From NCBI RefSeq assembly GCF_006345805.1, contig NC_043004.1, forward strand, positions 57,598,001 through 57,662,000: a stretch of 64,000 bases of DNA. The letters run 5' to 3'. The DNA is from Octopus sinensis. Taxonomy: Eukaryota. Shown piece by piece: positions 13,905 to 27,784 of this stretch (positions within the stretch are counted from its first letter, which is position 1; every line of letters begins with the position of its first letter). The position numbers and the translations under genes were made by a program. Below the pieces are notes generated by a model. That model was not told where the DNA came from, did no database searches, and worked only from the letters and a program-made list of their open reading frames with translations.

Positions 13905-14099
13905 CAAAGCCTGAAATTTGGGGAAAGGAGGCAAGTATATTACACCGACCCCAGTGCGTAAGTGATACTTATTTCATCGATCCCGAAAGGATGCAAGGCA
14001 ATGTCGACTTCGACAGAATTTAAGCTCAGAAGGTGAGGACGGACGAAACAGCTAAACATTTTGCCTGCCCTGCTAACGATTCTGCCAGCTCGCGGGCTT
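13905..14099 (-). mobile_element. tRNA-derived SINE, family B (head AAGGCGGCGAGCTGGCAGAA; core GTCGACTTTGCCTTTCATCCTTTCGGGGTCGATAAA)
   Basis: Shared core, which from memory resembles the Meta-type SINE core (unverified); B box GAGTTCAAATT. Confidence 0.7.
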
Positions 14100-14108
14100 G
14101 CTGCCACA

Positions 14109-14141
<33 letters not shown>

Positions 14142-14411
14142 GTACTGAAACCTATTTGAAAATGATACCACTTCCTACGGGAAGTGCAAAAAATCGTGTT
14201 AACTGCAACGACTCATATACTGAGAAGAGCATTATCGCTGTGTAAATAACATCCATTCATGAATTTATATTTATTCATTTTTTAAATACATATTTTACCT
14301 ATGAATTTGCGTATGTAATCTGGGAATGCTTACAATGAGCTTCTCTGCCCTAGATGTACGGAAAACACTCGGCGAGAAATGGAAGAAAAATTTGAAGAAA
14401 GAAGGAAATAA

Positions 14412-14477
<66 letters not shown>

Positions 14478-15340
14478 GTCGTTTCAAATTTGTGTACAAG
14501 TTCAACAGATATGAGTGAAAAAGTTAAATGGAGAGCAAGGGAAAAAAGAAACTGAGCCAGCATTGTAATGATACTTTATTTAGCAACTTACAAAGATGAA
14601 AGGCAACGGTTATCTTATAGAGATTTGGTCTGAGATCACAGAAAGCAGAACTGACATCGTGAGGTTTACTATCCGATGCACTAACGATCCTACCAATTAA
14701 GGCTTTCGCCAAGAAAAAACTGTTAGATAAGTATTAATAAAATTGGGAAGCTAAAAACGTGACAAAGTCGGTATTCTAATTAAAATGAGACATATACGTA
14801 TATATGTATGTATACACATATATAGTGAAATGCGGAAATTTGTTGGAGATAAACAATAATATGTAGACACGTTCATGGATCGAAAGAAGTGTAAAGATGA
14901 AAGGTTGGGAATCTGTAGAAGGCAGATTGTAGATGATAACATAGCGAGCGATAGATAAGTTAAATGGATAAACAACTGTAGTTCATAAGGAGAAAGGGAG
15001 AGACATTTGAAACAGAGCGAGAGCTAGACTGAGATGGGGAAGAGAGACTGGTGGCAATTGAAATGAACTGGAATGAGCAAAGTTTAAAGAAAATACCACA
15101 AGTGCTAATCTCACTAATTGTATACTTATATTAGTTGAATGAAGGGAGATAAATCTTCAGCTAAGAAGACACACCTAACTGTTTTTGTCACTGGCCCACT
15201 TTAAGCAAACACCAAGATAAATCATATTTTACTCATATCACCACTTAAATATTTGCCCAAGCTAAAATTCACTGAATAACTTCATTTTCACAAAGATACA
15301 TCAAATTTAGTCTATAAACTCAGTGTTATTCTTTTCTACT

Positions 15341-15945
15341 CTAGGTACAATTTTAGGGGAGGGGACCAGTCGATTTGATCGACCCTTGTACGTAACTGGT
15401 ACTTAATTTATCGTCATCGAAAGGATCAAAGGCAAAGTCGACCCCAGCGGAATTTGAACTCAGAACGTAAGGATAGACAAAATACTGCTAAGTATTTCGC
15501 CCGGCGTGATGACGATTCTGCCAGCTCGACGCCTTACTTAGGTTTATTATTAAATAGCAAAAGAATATACATTGAAAACATACACACGAAGCTATGTAAC
15601 TGCATGTGTGTGTGTATGTATCATGTAATCGATTCCGACGTACGAGAATCCATCTTTCTGATCAAAAGGACAGCATGTTCAAAGAATTGGCGGACGTAAA
15701 AATGAGTTGGAAATTTGACAGATTCTTATATCTTTTATACTCTATGCACAAGGCCCGAACTTTTTGGGAAGGTGGCCAGTCAACTAGATTGTCCCCAGTA
15801 CGCAACTGGTACTTAAGTTATCGACCCTGAGAGGATGAATTGCAAAGTCGACCTCCGCGGTATTTGAACTCAGAACATAAAGACAGACAAAATGCTGCTA
15901 AGCATTTCGCCCGGAGTGCTAACGTTTGTGCTAGTTCGCCACCTT
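15341..15945 (-). mobile_element. Two family B SINE copies (15341-15535, 15745-15945)
   Basis: Both carry the GGCAAAGTCGACC..GGAATTTGAACTCAGAAC block and the head. Confidence 0.75.
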
Positions 15946-16811
15946 TGCAGATTCTAATATCGTTAACGTAATGCTTAGGCAGATTCATTGTGACACAAAC
16001 AGGATACGGCTAGACCTTTGAATTACAGGAACAGTCAATCCAATGTGCCACCATGACATTTCTGTTTTACCCATATTCATTCACAAATCTTGAATCTATC
16101 TGATTATGATAAATGCACTTGCTGTGGTTGTTACTAAGTTGGATCAAACTCAAGACGTTATGACTGTAAAGTGAACTACTTAACCGTTCAACCTTAACCC
16201 ACGTTTGCATTCTTATACAAGTACACTGACTCACACAAATGCATACACTGATAATGACAAGCATAGATATGTGGTTAAGTAGTTAGCTTCGCAACTATTT
16301 ATCCCAGATCCTAAATAAGCGACGTATTTTAAAATTTTATATGCCATTAAATAAATTTGGTGCTCAGCAAAATTGATCTATAATACAAGTATTAGAACAA
16401 AATAATACTGGTGTCGATATGGTCACCTAAAACTCACTTGAAGGGACGAGTCCCAGCATCTTCCATGATACTCAAAAATTAGCAATGTTCTGTGATATAC
16501 ATTAGCTAAATTACCAACCCCATCACTATCAAACGGCAGGCTTGCAGTTAAAAGCATGATGTATATAGTTAATATGACGAGGTTCAAACTAAAGTTGTGT
16601 TAATGCCTATTTTCTTGCTTAGACTAGGTATTGGCTAGCTTAGAATCAATAACGTTCTAGTGTTAGCTATCCCACATTATGTTTTATTTTATTTTTGTCA
16701 GTATATTTCAGGTTACATTGGGCAATATAGTGTTTCTTATTTGACAAGATGAAAAAAACGACCACTTCGCTCATGAATGACCATGGGATTGCACCTAGAG
16801 ACTTCTCCTCC

Positions 16812-17050
16812 GAAGGTTGTTTATGGTAGACCAGCGGTCGCCCATGCATACCAGCCTCCCCTCTCCGTGTTGCCAAGGGAAAGGCAAAAGCCGATACAGC
16901 TTGGCACCAGTGACGTCACAACTCATTTCTACAGCTGAGAGAATAGGAGCAAAATGGAATAAAGTGTCTTGCCGAAGAACACAACACACAGCCTGGTTCG
17001 GAAATCGAACTCACCACTTCATGATTGTGAGTCTGATGCTCTAAGCACTA
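16812..17050 (-). mobile_element. Further tRNA-derived SINE family (diverged); relatives at about 9120-9345 and 31255-31390
   Basis: B box-like GAGTTCGATTTCC on the minus strand, followed by a TGTGTTCTTCGGCAAGACACTTTAT core. Confidence 0.55.
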
Positions 17051-18268
17051 TATTAAGCCAAGAGCGGTGGCTAATATGGAACCCACCTTTCTTTGTATCA
17101 GAGGAAACTATTTTACTTTCGTCTCATACTGCAAACAGCAGAGATTAATTACCTGTAAATAAATAAGCAGTTGAAAGCATAGTTAGAAAATTAACCCTAA
17201 GTAATGAATGTATGTATGTGCTGTTGGTGTTCAAGATTAAAAAAAAATTAGTCAGAAAGGAAAGCAGTGCAATTGAAATGTATCGTCACATCTGAGACTA
17301 GTTGGAGATATCAAACCGTAGACCTGGCCATAAAGCTTACAAAAGCGTGGACTCTGGTAGAACTCACCAAAAGATAATTGGTGGTGTTATCCTCGCCGAG
17401 CAATTAAGTTTATCGACCAAGTATTCCACGATGAGATTCAAACACAGAACCGAAATGTCTAGCGGTGGACAATAAAATCAGACATACTGTTTCGCAAAAC
17501 ACCGCCCTAGATTGAAATTGTTTATCAACCTCGAAAGAAGTAAACGGTAATATTGGTCTGGGTAAGATTTGAACTCAGAGTACCAACTGTCAGAACAAAT
17601 AACGAGAATCACTATAAACGATGCACTAAGAGCTCTTTTAATTCACTGCTACATGCAGTATATCACTAATCAAAGAAGAGTGAAGAGATAATGTTTTAAT
17701 GCAACCAAGTCAAACATGTGAATCGCATTATTCACTCATGTTGTACAATAGAGTATGATTAAATTTGTTTCTGCTACGTTATTAGCAATTAAAAATAGGA
17801 AAATTTCACTACCTCATTTTGTGAATAAGTACTTTGGGTTAAGACATTGTTCCTGAAGTAAAGTATATTTGCAAGTACATGAATAATAATAGTAACAATT
17901 ATTTTATATAGGTAAAAGATCAACAAATTGAAAGAACTGTTGGCATTAGTTCTTTAGTGCCTTAATTTACGAACAGTGGATAAACGAAAGGCAAATTTGA
18001 TCTTGTAGGTGACAGAAATGATAATATAAAGAGCCGTGTTAATCACTATAAAACAGTTTTTTCCGAAGATTTTACGGTTGTGCAACACACTCACAATTTC
18101 AAATTCGAATGATGTGTATAACATACAAAATTGATCACGCATTTACACATTTAGACGCAAAATATATGTATGTATTTATGAAAGCATGTGTGTTTGTCTC
18201 TTTCTAAATACATATGTATATTCATACACATATAAAAAAATATACATACATTATATAAATATATATAC

Positions 18269-18319
<51 letters not shown>

Positions 18320-18416
18320 CATACATGTATATATACATATATACACACACAGATATATATAGATATATACACACACACACACACCTGCATATGTACATAC
18401 TTACATGTAAACATAC

Positions 18417-18452
<36 letters not shown>

Positions 18453-18763
18453 ATAACTGCTTATAGCTACATTATTTACACATTACAAAAAAATAATTTC
18501 CGAAGCATGAATCCATACACAAACTGAAATAGACATGGATTGACGGTCTTAGAAAGTTAATTATATTTTCAGAAAAACGTTCACAGAAGCACGCATGGGA
18601 ACGTACACAATCATAAATATAACGCATGTACAAACTGATATATGTAGGATGTGATATGTTTTTATCATGTTATGTAGGCGTGCATTAGTAAGACTTTCAT
18701 GAACATTCTTATGTTAGTTAGAATTTAACACAGACGTAAGCGAGAATACCAACTGCATGTTAC

Positions 18764-18854
18764 AGAAAGATAGAGGAACCGAGAGACATACTTACATAAA
18801 TAGAGGTTATACATACATACATACATACCTACATAGATGTTTATATATATATTC

Positions 18855-18887
<33 letters not shown>

Positions 18888-18916
18888 AATATATTATATA
18901 TATATATATATATATA

Positions 18917-18952
<36 letters not shown>

Positions 18953-19131
18953 CAAATAGTATAGATATATAGATATATAGATAGACACACACACATATAT
19001 ATATATATACAGAAAGATAGAGGAACCGAGACATACGTACATAAATAGAGGTTATACATACATACATAGATGTTTATATATATATATATATATACATACA
19101 TTCAAATAGTATAGATATATAGATAGACACA

Positions 19132-19172
<41 letters not shown>

Positions 19173-19231
19173 AGATAGAGGAACCGAGATACATACTTAC
19201 ATAAATAGAGGTTATACATACATACATAGAT

Positions 19232-19260
<29 letters not shown>
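18764..19260. repeat. Three tandem copies of a unit of about 70 bp with variable (TA)n spacers
   Basis: CAGAAAGATAGAGGAACCGAGA..CATAAATAGAGGTTATACATAC at about 18764, 19008 and 19167. Confidence 0.85.
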
Positions 19261-19287
<27 letters not shown>

Positions 19288-19288
19288 T

Positions 19289-19322
<34 letters not shown>

Positions 19323-19495
19323 AATATATATATATATGTATATATATACATACAAATAGTATAGATAAAAGATATATAGATAGACACACACACATATATA
19401 TATATACACACATACAGTATATATATATAATATATATACTCGTATGTATATTTACAGAGAGATATCAAGATAGATAGCGTAAGAAAGAAAGAGAG

Positions 19496-19552
<57 letters not shown>

Positions 19553-19822
19553 AGTTCCACTTGCTGAATCTAGTAATAGACAGTCGGGAAGAATTGAAAG
19601 AAACAGAGAAAATATACTTGATTTTAATTGCCTTCTTACAAGAACGCTAGTTGCTATGTCTCTTGTCGGAGAAGATTCAAGTATACATGCATACATACAT
19701 ACATACAAATGCAAGCATCCTGTTGTCGATGTTATTATTCCAATGAAGGAGCCTTGGCTCTAGGTTTGATTTCTATTGGCAAGAAATCTTGAAATAAAAC
19801 TGAACTTGAAATAAAACTGAAC

Positions 19823-20030
19823 AGGCGCAGGAGTGGTTCCGGGTTCAGTCCCACTGCGTGGCATCTTGGGCAAGTGTCTTCTACTATAACCTCGGCAAAA
19901 GAGACCGATAGAATAAGTACTGGGCTTACAAAAGAATAAGTCCCGGGGTCGATTTGCTCGATTAAAGGCGGTGCCCAACATGGCCGCAGTCAAATGACTG
20001 AAACAAGTAAAAGAGTAAAAGAGTAAAAGA
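19823..20030 (+). mobile_element. tRNA-derived SINE, family A (head GGCGCAGGAGTGGCTGTGTGG), internally deleted copy
   Basis: Head, B box GGTTCAGTCCC, tail GGCGGTGCCCAACATGGCCGCAGTCAAATGACTGAAAC(AAGTAAAAGAG)n; two internal deletions. Confidence 0.8.
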
Positions 20031-20300
20031 ATGACAAATACATACATAAACATACATGCATGCATACATACATACATACATACATACATACATACATACA
20101 TACATACATACATACATACAAAAAGGCGCGAGAACAATTTGTTCTAACGGTGGAACTCAAAGTTGATAAAACTATAAATAATAGCTTGATAATATGGGAT
20201 TAAAAATCCCTAGAATGGAAATTGTCCAGCCTTTGACTTTTTCCTTAGAAAACTCTTTTCTTTTAAGCCGAACATATTTTAGCTGCCATTATTCATTCCA

Positions 20301-20515
20301 CTCTTTACTCTTTTCTCTTTTACTTGTTTCAGTCATTTGACTGCGGCCATGCTGGAGCACCGCCTTTAGTCGAGCAAATCGAGCCTGGGACTTATTCTTT
20401 GTAAGCCCAGTACTTATTCTATCGTTCTCTTTTGCCGAACCGCTAAGTGACGGGGACGTAAACACACCAGCATCGGTTGTCAAGCAATGCTAGAGGGACA
20501 AACACAGACATACAA

Positions 20516-20546
<31 letters not shown>

Positions 20547-20705
20547 ATACATATATACGACAGGCTTCTTTCAGTTTCCGTCTACCAAATCCACTCACAA
20601 GGCATTGGTCAGCCCGGGGCTATAGCAGAAGACACTTGCCCAGGATGTCACGCAGTGGGACTGAACCCGCAAACATGTGGTTGGTTAGCAAGCTACTTAC
20701 CACAC
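20301..20705 (-). mobile_element. tRNA-derived SINE, family A
   Basis: Same head, core and tail, with an internal (CA)n(TA)n tract. Confidence 0.85.
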
Positions 20706-21474
20706 ATTAATTATGTCTGTGTATTTTTGTGTGCGCGTTTCATATTGATATATTATATACATATCAATTCTATATCACCCACATCGTAGAAATGTAAATT
20801 AATGTTAGCGATGTAACACGCACAGAGTAGCACAAATCCTGCCTCACTTATTCCAGCTAATCACTTTATACATTTTTTCATTAGTCATTTTTCTTTTAAA
20901 ACTGTACCTATCTTGTGTCACATGGTTTTGAATTTTACATCACACTGAAGAAATACTGTTTACATATGCGATTAAAATGCTAATATTTTTACTAAATAAG
21001 TATTAAAAGAAATAAATGGTTTTAAAATTGAAAAGAAATTAATTAAATATGATTATTAATTATTATTGCTACGGCGTAACTCTGTATGGACACTTTCTCG
21101 CTAAAGTGAAAGAGAGTAACGAATTTAAATCACGGTTTTGAAATAAGAAATCCCGGTTGTTTTAATCTCAATAAACAATTTCTTAAACGCATTGGTTTGA
21201 TAAATGTGTTGAACCAAATTTATATCGCCTTCTCGTTAATTTTTGCGTTAACACACAAATATAGCAGCAAATTATTACTTGAAGAAAAAATTTGAAAGGA
21301 TGAGCTAGCCGGATTTTGGAGAAAAAAACCCACCACGAAATCTTATTGCGAAAAAGTAACAACACCCACCTCACAAAAAAAAGGTAAAAAAGATTATGTC
21401 CATTCGATGTTTCTTCTACATTTCCCTCTTTCGCTCTACATGAGCACAGACACACAAATACACACACATGTTTG

Positions 21475-21518
<44 letters not shown>

Positions 21519-21522
21519 ATAT

Positions 21523-21574
<52 letters not shown>

Positions 21575-21590
21575 TATACATACATTTATG

Positions 21591-21627
<37 letters not shown>

Positions 21628-23877
21628 TAGATAGAGAGAGAGAGAGAAGAGAGAGAGAGTGAAAGAGAGGGAGATATGATTTGAAAATGAGGACAAAAAG
21701 ATACTGTACATTCATTCATTTCCGCTTTCATATTCTTAAAAACAACTTTTCCTATCTACGTATTTATTATTTTTAGATCTTAAATTTGACAATAGAGAGA
21801 AAAAGTCCAATTTAGACTGATATAGGCATATGTGATAATATTTCAATGTTTTCTTACCAGAAAGTATAGAGGAAAAATATTAAATATGATTGTGAATTGA
21901 CTTTTAGTGTTTATTACTTAGATGCACTGATATGTTACAGATTTATCCCATTGCAGCTAATTAAGAATGTTGGGGGTTGCAAAATTCCGCTTGTGAATGG
22001 GAAATACCAGCTTCGTAATACGCTTACATTACTGATTAATAATGTTAATGACTCATGTTCGACCACTCTCTAGGTTAAATTATCTCCCTTCTATATTTAA
22101 ATCATGTAACGTTCGCATATTTCAATATATCGTTGATAAAAATAGATTATGATTGATAACATATAGATAATATATTCATTTTATGAATGGGTATATAAAC
22201 GCCTGTTTAAAATTACTTTACTACACTCAGGAATTACCATAGTTTATTTCTGAGTTACTGGGGTTTCTCAACGCTTCTGTAAGTCCCTGATAAGGTTGAT
22301 TGGCTGAAAATTTTGGGAACCCACGATCCATAAGAGTAATTTTGTGTATATTATGTTTACACAAAATGTTTTATCTAAATATATCACTTATAATCACCTG
22401 TAAATACAGATCTGAATACTTTGTTATTTTTGCCATTTAATAATTAAAGTATTTAATAATATACAAGATAGGTTTGTCTGACAACGTTTTGTATAATATA
22501 ATTTACCATTTGATGTGCGGCTAATAGTCAATACTTTTTACTTCTATGACTATTGATTTCAAGGAGATATTTGTTGCTTTGAAAGATACTAGAGTCATTG
22601 AAAATATTACCTTCTAGTATTGGATGTTAGTCTATCAGTCACTTTCTATCTGACTAGATTTCTCAAGAGAGATATTAAGATTGATTTTCTTTTTTAGTTT
22701 TGCTTTGAGCTATTCTTTGTTATATTCATTTGTTTTCTTGTAAGTTCTGACTTCAGAGCTGAACGAGAAATTCTTTTATCACCAGTCTTAATTACCAAGT
22801 TCACACCACTTAGAACCAAAACGCATTTTATATTTTCAGTGATAGTTTCGTACCGAATAATAATGTATATACTTTATACGTATGTATGTATGCATGTATT
22901 ACACATATATATAAAGAAAATGAGAGGAGAGAATAGTGGGGGAGAGACAGATTAAGGTGGAAATTGTTTTAAACTCATATATTTTGATATTAGTATTCCT
23001 AAATTCACACAAATTTCACGCATATATAACCATACTTTTCCATTGAATTATCAATAAACATGTGTTTTTTTGTCTCTGCCGCTAACATCCTCACAAGAAA
23101 GATGTCTGATCAGATTCACTATGTGCGCTCAGGTCTAATCTTACTAGGATTTAGTCAGCTCTAGTATCATCTGATTAGTGGTACCATCGGTTATCAGTTC
23201 AAGTTTCATAGCATTGACACTTTTCAATATATTCTTATCTATGAACTATTGCATCTATGCTTTAACCATTTAGCTTTGGTAAGATTGCTAATGTAAGATT
23301 ATATGTTATGTGAGTGAATTCTCTTTAGTCTACAGTTACTCTAAATATCCTTATTTTTTATGTTCTTGAAGTAGTTTGTAGAAAATACATATTGATATTG
23401 TATGCAATCTGTGCTATTAAATCGAATTTCTAAATTCATTGGTATTAATTTTGCTATAAGATTGACTAGAAATGTTAGATTCAAATGTAGAATTACATTT
23501 ATTGAAAGATTTAAAAACAATTTACTCAATAAACTTTCTCAGTTTTGGCTTAGTTGCTTCTACGTTGTTCATGTATTTGTGCAGCAACCTCGCAACCTTT
23601 GATCTTCTCTTATTTATTTATTGCTTTCAAGAAATGACCGATAAACTGAGGGCCACGAGCTAATCGTAACTCGCTGCATCATTCCAGTCGAACGCACATG
23701 TAATTGAATATATAATGATGCATGTAAAATTATTTGTTTCTTTATAATTCTATGATCAGTGAACAATAAAATTCATATCCATCCATCCATCCGTCCATCC
23801 ATCCATACATACATACACATATATATAGGTGAGCATATGAGTGGAGAAACTAAGTGGAAAAAATAGTAATCGAATAC

Positions 23878-23993
23878 TTTATTAAAGCTGCAAAATTATC
23901 TAAAGACCGTTACATAGTTTCACATGCCCGTTCGTCAGACCACAACTGTTCCTCTGAGGAATAGTCTTGAGATAATTTAGCATCTTTAATAAA
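23878..23993 (-). ncRNA. Degenerate hammerhead motif (23907-23942) bracketed by 30-bp imperfect inverted repeats
   Basis: Minus strand: UGGU CUGACGA ACG-GGCA-UGU GAAAC UAU GUA ACGG. Arms 23878-23907 and 23964-23993 match at 27/30. Confidence 0.5.
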
Positions 23994-25808
23994 AGTATAT
24001 TTATGTGTGTGTGTACGTGTGTGCGCATGTGGGTGGTTGGGCTTGGGGCATGTGTGTATAAAAGAGCAAAATTATAATTGTTTGGTATTTTTCTAGTGGA
24101 CTTAGAAAATTTAATGTTCTACATTAATAAAAATATAAATAGATAAATAAATAAAAAGTTACTTTAGTTGACGAACAAAAAACATTTTTCTGCTGTTATA
24201 TTTAAGGCAGTAACTATTTTCACGTGTCTAAATGAATACATCACACAAAAACAGTTCCATACACAGCTGAAAATGACAAGAAGGAGGCCTGGCACAAAGT
24301 ATGTCCGTTTATGACATGAAATAAACTGGTTGGTATTACCACGTTCATTCTGAATCTGAAATAGTTATCCTTCAGCCCAACTAAAAATATTTTAAAAGCC
24401 GTTTTACACACGGCATTTACCTACTTTTAAGGTAATTTAACATGCGGAAAATCCTTCATCATTATAAGTGAGTCTAAAAGTTTTTTTTGTTTTTAAAGTA
24501 CAGATTTCTACGGCTTTGTATGATCATGGTTGCATAATTCTATCCGTTTTCACTTGAAAGACACAGAAATCTTTCCAATCCTGCCACCCATTTACAAATG
24601 TCTGCTTTAAAATATTGAAGAATTTTTCATGCTTCCATTGTTTCTCTCCTTATCTCTTTTAATGAATCTGCTGTTTTTTTGTTGTTGTCTGTACTGCATT
24701 ATGCAATTATACTGCTATGGCGCAATGTTAGAAGTAATTCTGAAGCCCTTGATGTTTTGAAATTTAGCTACTATGGCTACTTCCATTCAAGCGTATCCAG
24801 TATTGATTCTGCTTCTCTCCAAATATCAGTACAAATCGTGTCAACCAGAAAAGTAATAGCTTATCAATACAAGCTTTCAACTCTCTATTATCTTACGTAT
24901 CATCTACTGTTGACATCTCTTTCCATCTTTGTTTCAATAACGTGGTTCTACAATAACTGTTTATTGAAGTTGTAGATTCTATAGTTCTGTATCTTATTCA
25001 TTCGTTCTCTAACATTTCTAGGCTCGACTTTAAGATACAGCATTCATCATAGAAATATTGGTGGTTTTGGTTTATTTACTTTAATCGTCTTTGTTTTGTT
25101 TGGATATTTAGAATATATTTCTTTAATGAGATATATTTATATTATTTCTCCTTCTACTACTAATTCATTTTCTTCTACTCTTCCTCTTTCGCTTTCTCCT
25201 CCCTGTCTCTCTCGCATTTTCTTACTGCAGCTGCTGTTACCGTTGCGTTGCAGCCGCTGTCGTGACTGTTACGGTTGCTGCTGTTAATGCTATTTTTACT
25301 GGCAAGCTTACAAATATAAGTAATATAAAACTAGTCTCATTTGCACCCATATCTATCAACTTCCATTTAAAAAGATATTCACCACCTCCAAACTTGTGGA
25401 ACTACGACTGTCGAAAATAACTGACTGTGAATCTGATCTTTGACATCGATTATCATCACATCTTACCATAAAAGCCGGACTATGAATAGTATTTGTACTG
25501 AAAATGCTAGGCTTGACTTTAAGAAGTCACCTTAGAGCTCATCCTCATCTCTCCTCACCTTATTGTCAACATGTTTCCTATATGGTCGATAAGCAAGAAA
25601 TACGAAGAGCGTCTTTTACAGTAAAAATATATGGCATCTAGGTATGATCTAGAGAGACTTTTACACAGACATATACAACTTACAGATACAATCATTCTCT
25701 GATGCACCTATCGACAAGAAAGCATTAACTCATTGATGTGTGATCCGAAGCTTCCTGCCCGTAAATAACCACTGTGTGAAATGTATCTGGGTGCACTTAA
25801 ACATATAA

Positions 25809-25849
<41 letters not shown>

Positions 25850-26690
25850 CGTGTGTGCCTATGTGTGGGCACGTGTATGTGCGTGTGTGTTTGCGTCTGA
25901 GTGTGTGTGTATGGGAATATGTATATATATATATATATATATATATGCATACAGACAGTTAAAAACACACATACAGGCTGTCACACACACATACACGGAT
26001 AAACAGACGCACACACCAGCGTTACACGGGTGCCTAACATATAAAAAGAATTTTTGTTAAGTGCTTTTTATAATGTAATTGGGAATATAGTTATTGTAAT
26101 GCACATAGATACCAAGATTTAAATTTAGATAGATTTCTATGACGTGAGCAAAATTCTGAGACAGCATTTATTGATAAATTTAAAAATGTGAGTTCATGAA
26201 ATGCCATCGAATTTGATTTACTTTATATACTTTTAATTCTAAATTGAAAATCAACTCATTAAACAGATTCAGGTTTAACAGAGCTCTACAATATTCAGCA
26301 AGAGCTCTGACAAATGACATTTCTTGTGCCTCAGATTAGATTTCTGATAAAACTGTCTTGCTTGTATATGCAGCAGAGGGTTAGTCATAACAAAAAAATA
26401 TGGTCTTGTTTTTCTAATCCAGTAATCACATTGACTCAGTGAATAATTGACTGCCATTGAAAAACGTAGTTCACTGGAACCTAAACGGTTAGAATGAATA
26501 GGCATATCTGATCAGTTGAGGGCAATGCGTTCACTGAAAAGTTCTTCGTTTGCAAAGCTATCAACATGCTGGATTCGTTTACATGCAGCATAAATGTTTT
26601 GACATCCGGTTTTGTTACAGATATTTGGGGAAACCAAATTTTGTAGCAAAACACTGAGTCTTCTTACAGTCAGCTGCAAAAATGTGAAGA

Positions 26691-26775
<85 letters not shown>

Positions 26776-27037
26776 CAGCGATAGTTAGCAACAATAACAT
26801 TAACTATAGTCGTTGGATTAGTATCTGCTGAATGTCAATAGCTGCATCTATATTCTGTACATTGTCATTTCTGAGAAAGCATTACACATTCTAGAAATCT
26901 GTGTGCCGCTATATATATATATATATATATATATATACTTACATATCTGTGTGTCTGTTTATGTATGTGCATATATATATAAGGAAAATAAGTCAAGGTA
27001 GTAAATGCTGAAATAGCTTTATCATAAAAAACATTTT

Positions 27038-27071
27038 AGTACCGGTTTCAGTCATTGAGACTTTTTCAACT
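27038..27071 (-). ncRNA. Minimal hammerhead motif, U3:A8 core variant
   Basis: Minus strand: AG UUGAAAA AGUC-UCAAU-GACU GAAAC CG GUA CU. Palindromic ACCGGU stem III; stem I only 2 bp. Confidence 0.5.
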
Positions 27072-27230
27072 CTACGTATGGAAAGCCATTAAATTTTTGA
27101 AACATTAAAAGAGCCTTTTAAAAAGATTTGCATAGTATTCAAATACAAGGGGCATTTTCATTGTTTCTCCCTGTCTCTCTCTCTCTCTCTTTTTTACTCT
27201 TGTGGGTTCGAGGTTGTGAATTCTTGGCAG

Positions 27231-27316
27231 AGAAGAAGAAGAAGAAGAAGAAGAAGAAGAAGAAGAAGAAGAAGAAGAAGAAGAAGAAGAAGAAGAAGAA
27301 GAAGAAGAAGAAGAAG
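27231..27316. repeat. (AAG)n microsatellite
   Basis: Direct reading; source of the poly-K ORF. Confidence 0.95.
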
Positions 27317-27784
27317 GGGAAGAAAGTGAAGAAGGAATGCGGGAATAGTATGATAGTAGTAGGATGTTAAATGGTCAAGTGCCCTGAAAGTGACTTGTTG
27401 ATGGTGGCAGTGATTGAATTCTTGAGGTTTCTCTTTTGAATGTATTGTTTATAATATTTGCGTGGTTGTTCTTCTAAGTAGCAGCAGTAGTAAAGTAAGA
27501 AAGGAAATGCCGGAGAACGAAGAAGAAGACGAAGGAGAAGAGAAAGAATAATTGTTTCACGAAAAGATCGGGTGAATGTAGTAAGGATGGCACGTCTGAA
27601 TGACGGAGCCATCTTAACTATAGTCCTATGAACTAAGGAGAAAGAGAAAGAGTAAGAGAATGAAGGCTGAATGTATTTGGATCATACCATTTTGAAGTGT
27701 AGCGCTTCAAGCCGTTGAGCAAATGAATAAGCTAGAAATTTAATTGGTATGTTAATCTTTCTTTAGGGGCAACACGGTGAAAGG

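Noticed and set aside
18764-19260. Regularly spaced repeats superficially like a CRISPR array
   Set aside because: Eukaryotic context, spacers are (TA)n, no cas genes; ordinary tandem duplication.
22238-22325. Possible small hAT MITE (CTGGGGTTTCTCAA...TTGGGAACCCACG)
   Set aside because: TIRs poorly matched and no TSD.
25467-25497. 31-nt minus-strand segment between TTTTCAG and GTAAGA; also a strong acceptor near 26672
   Set aside because: Such splice-like pairs are expected by chance in 64 kb; no recognisable peptide or linkage to other exons.
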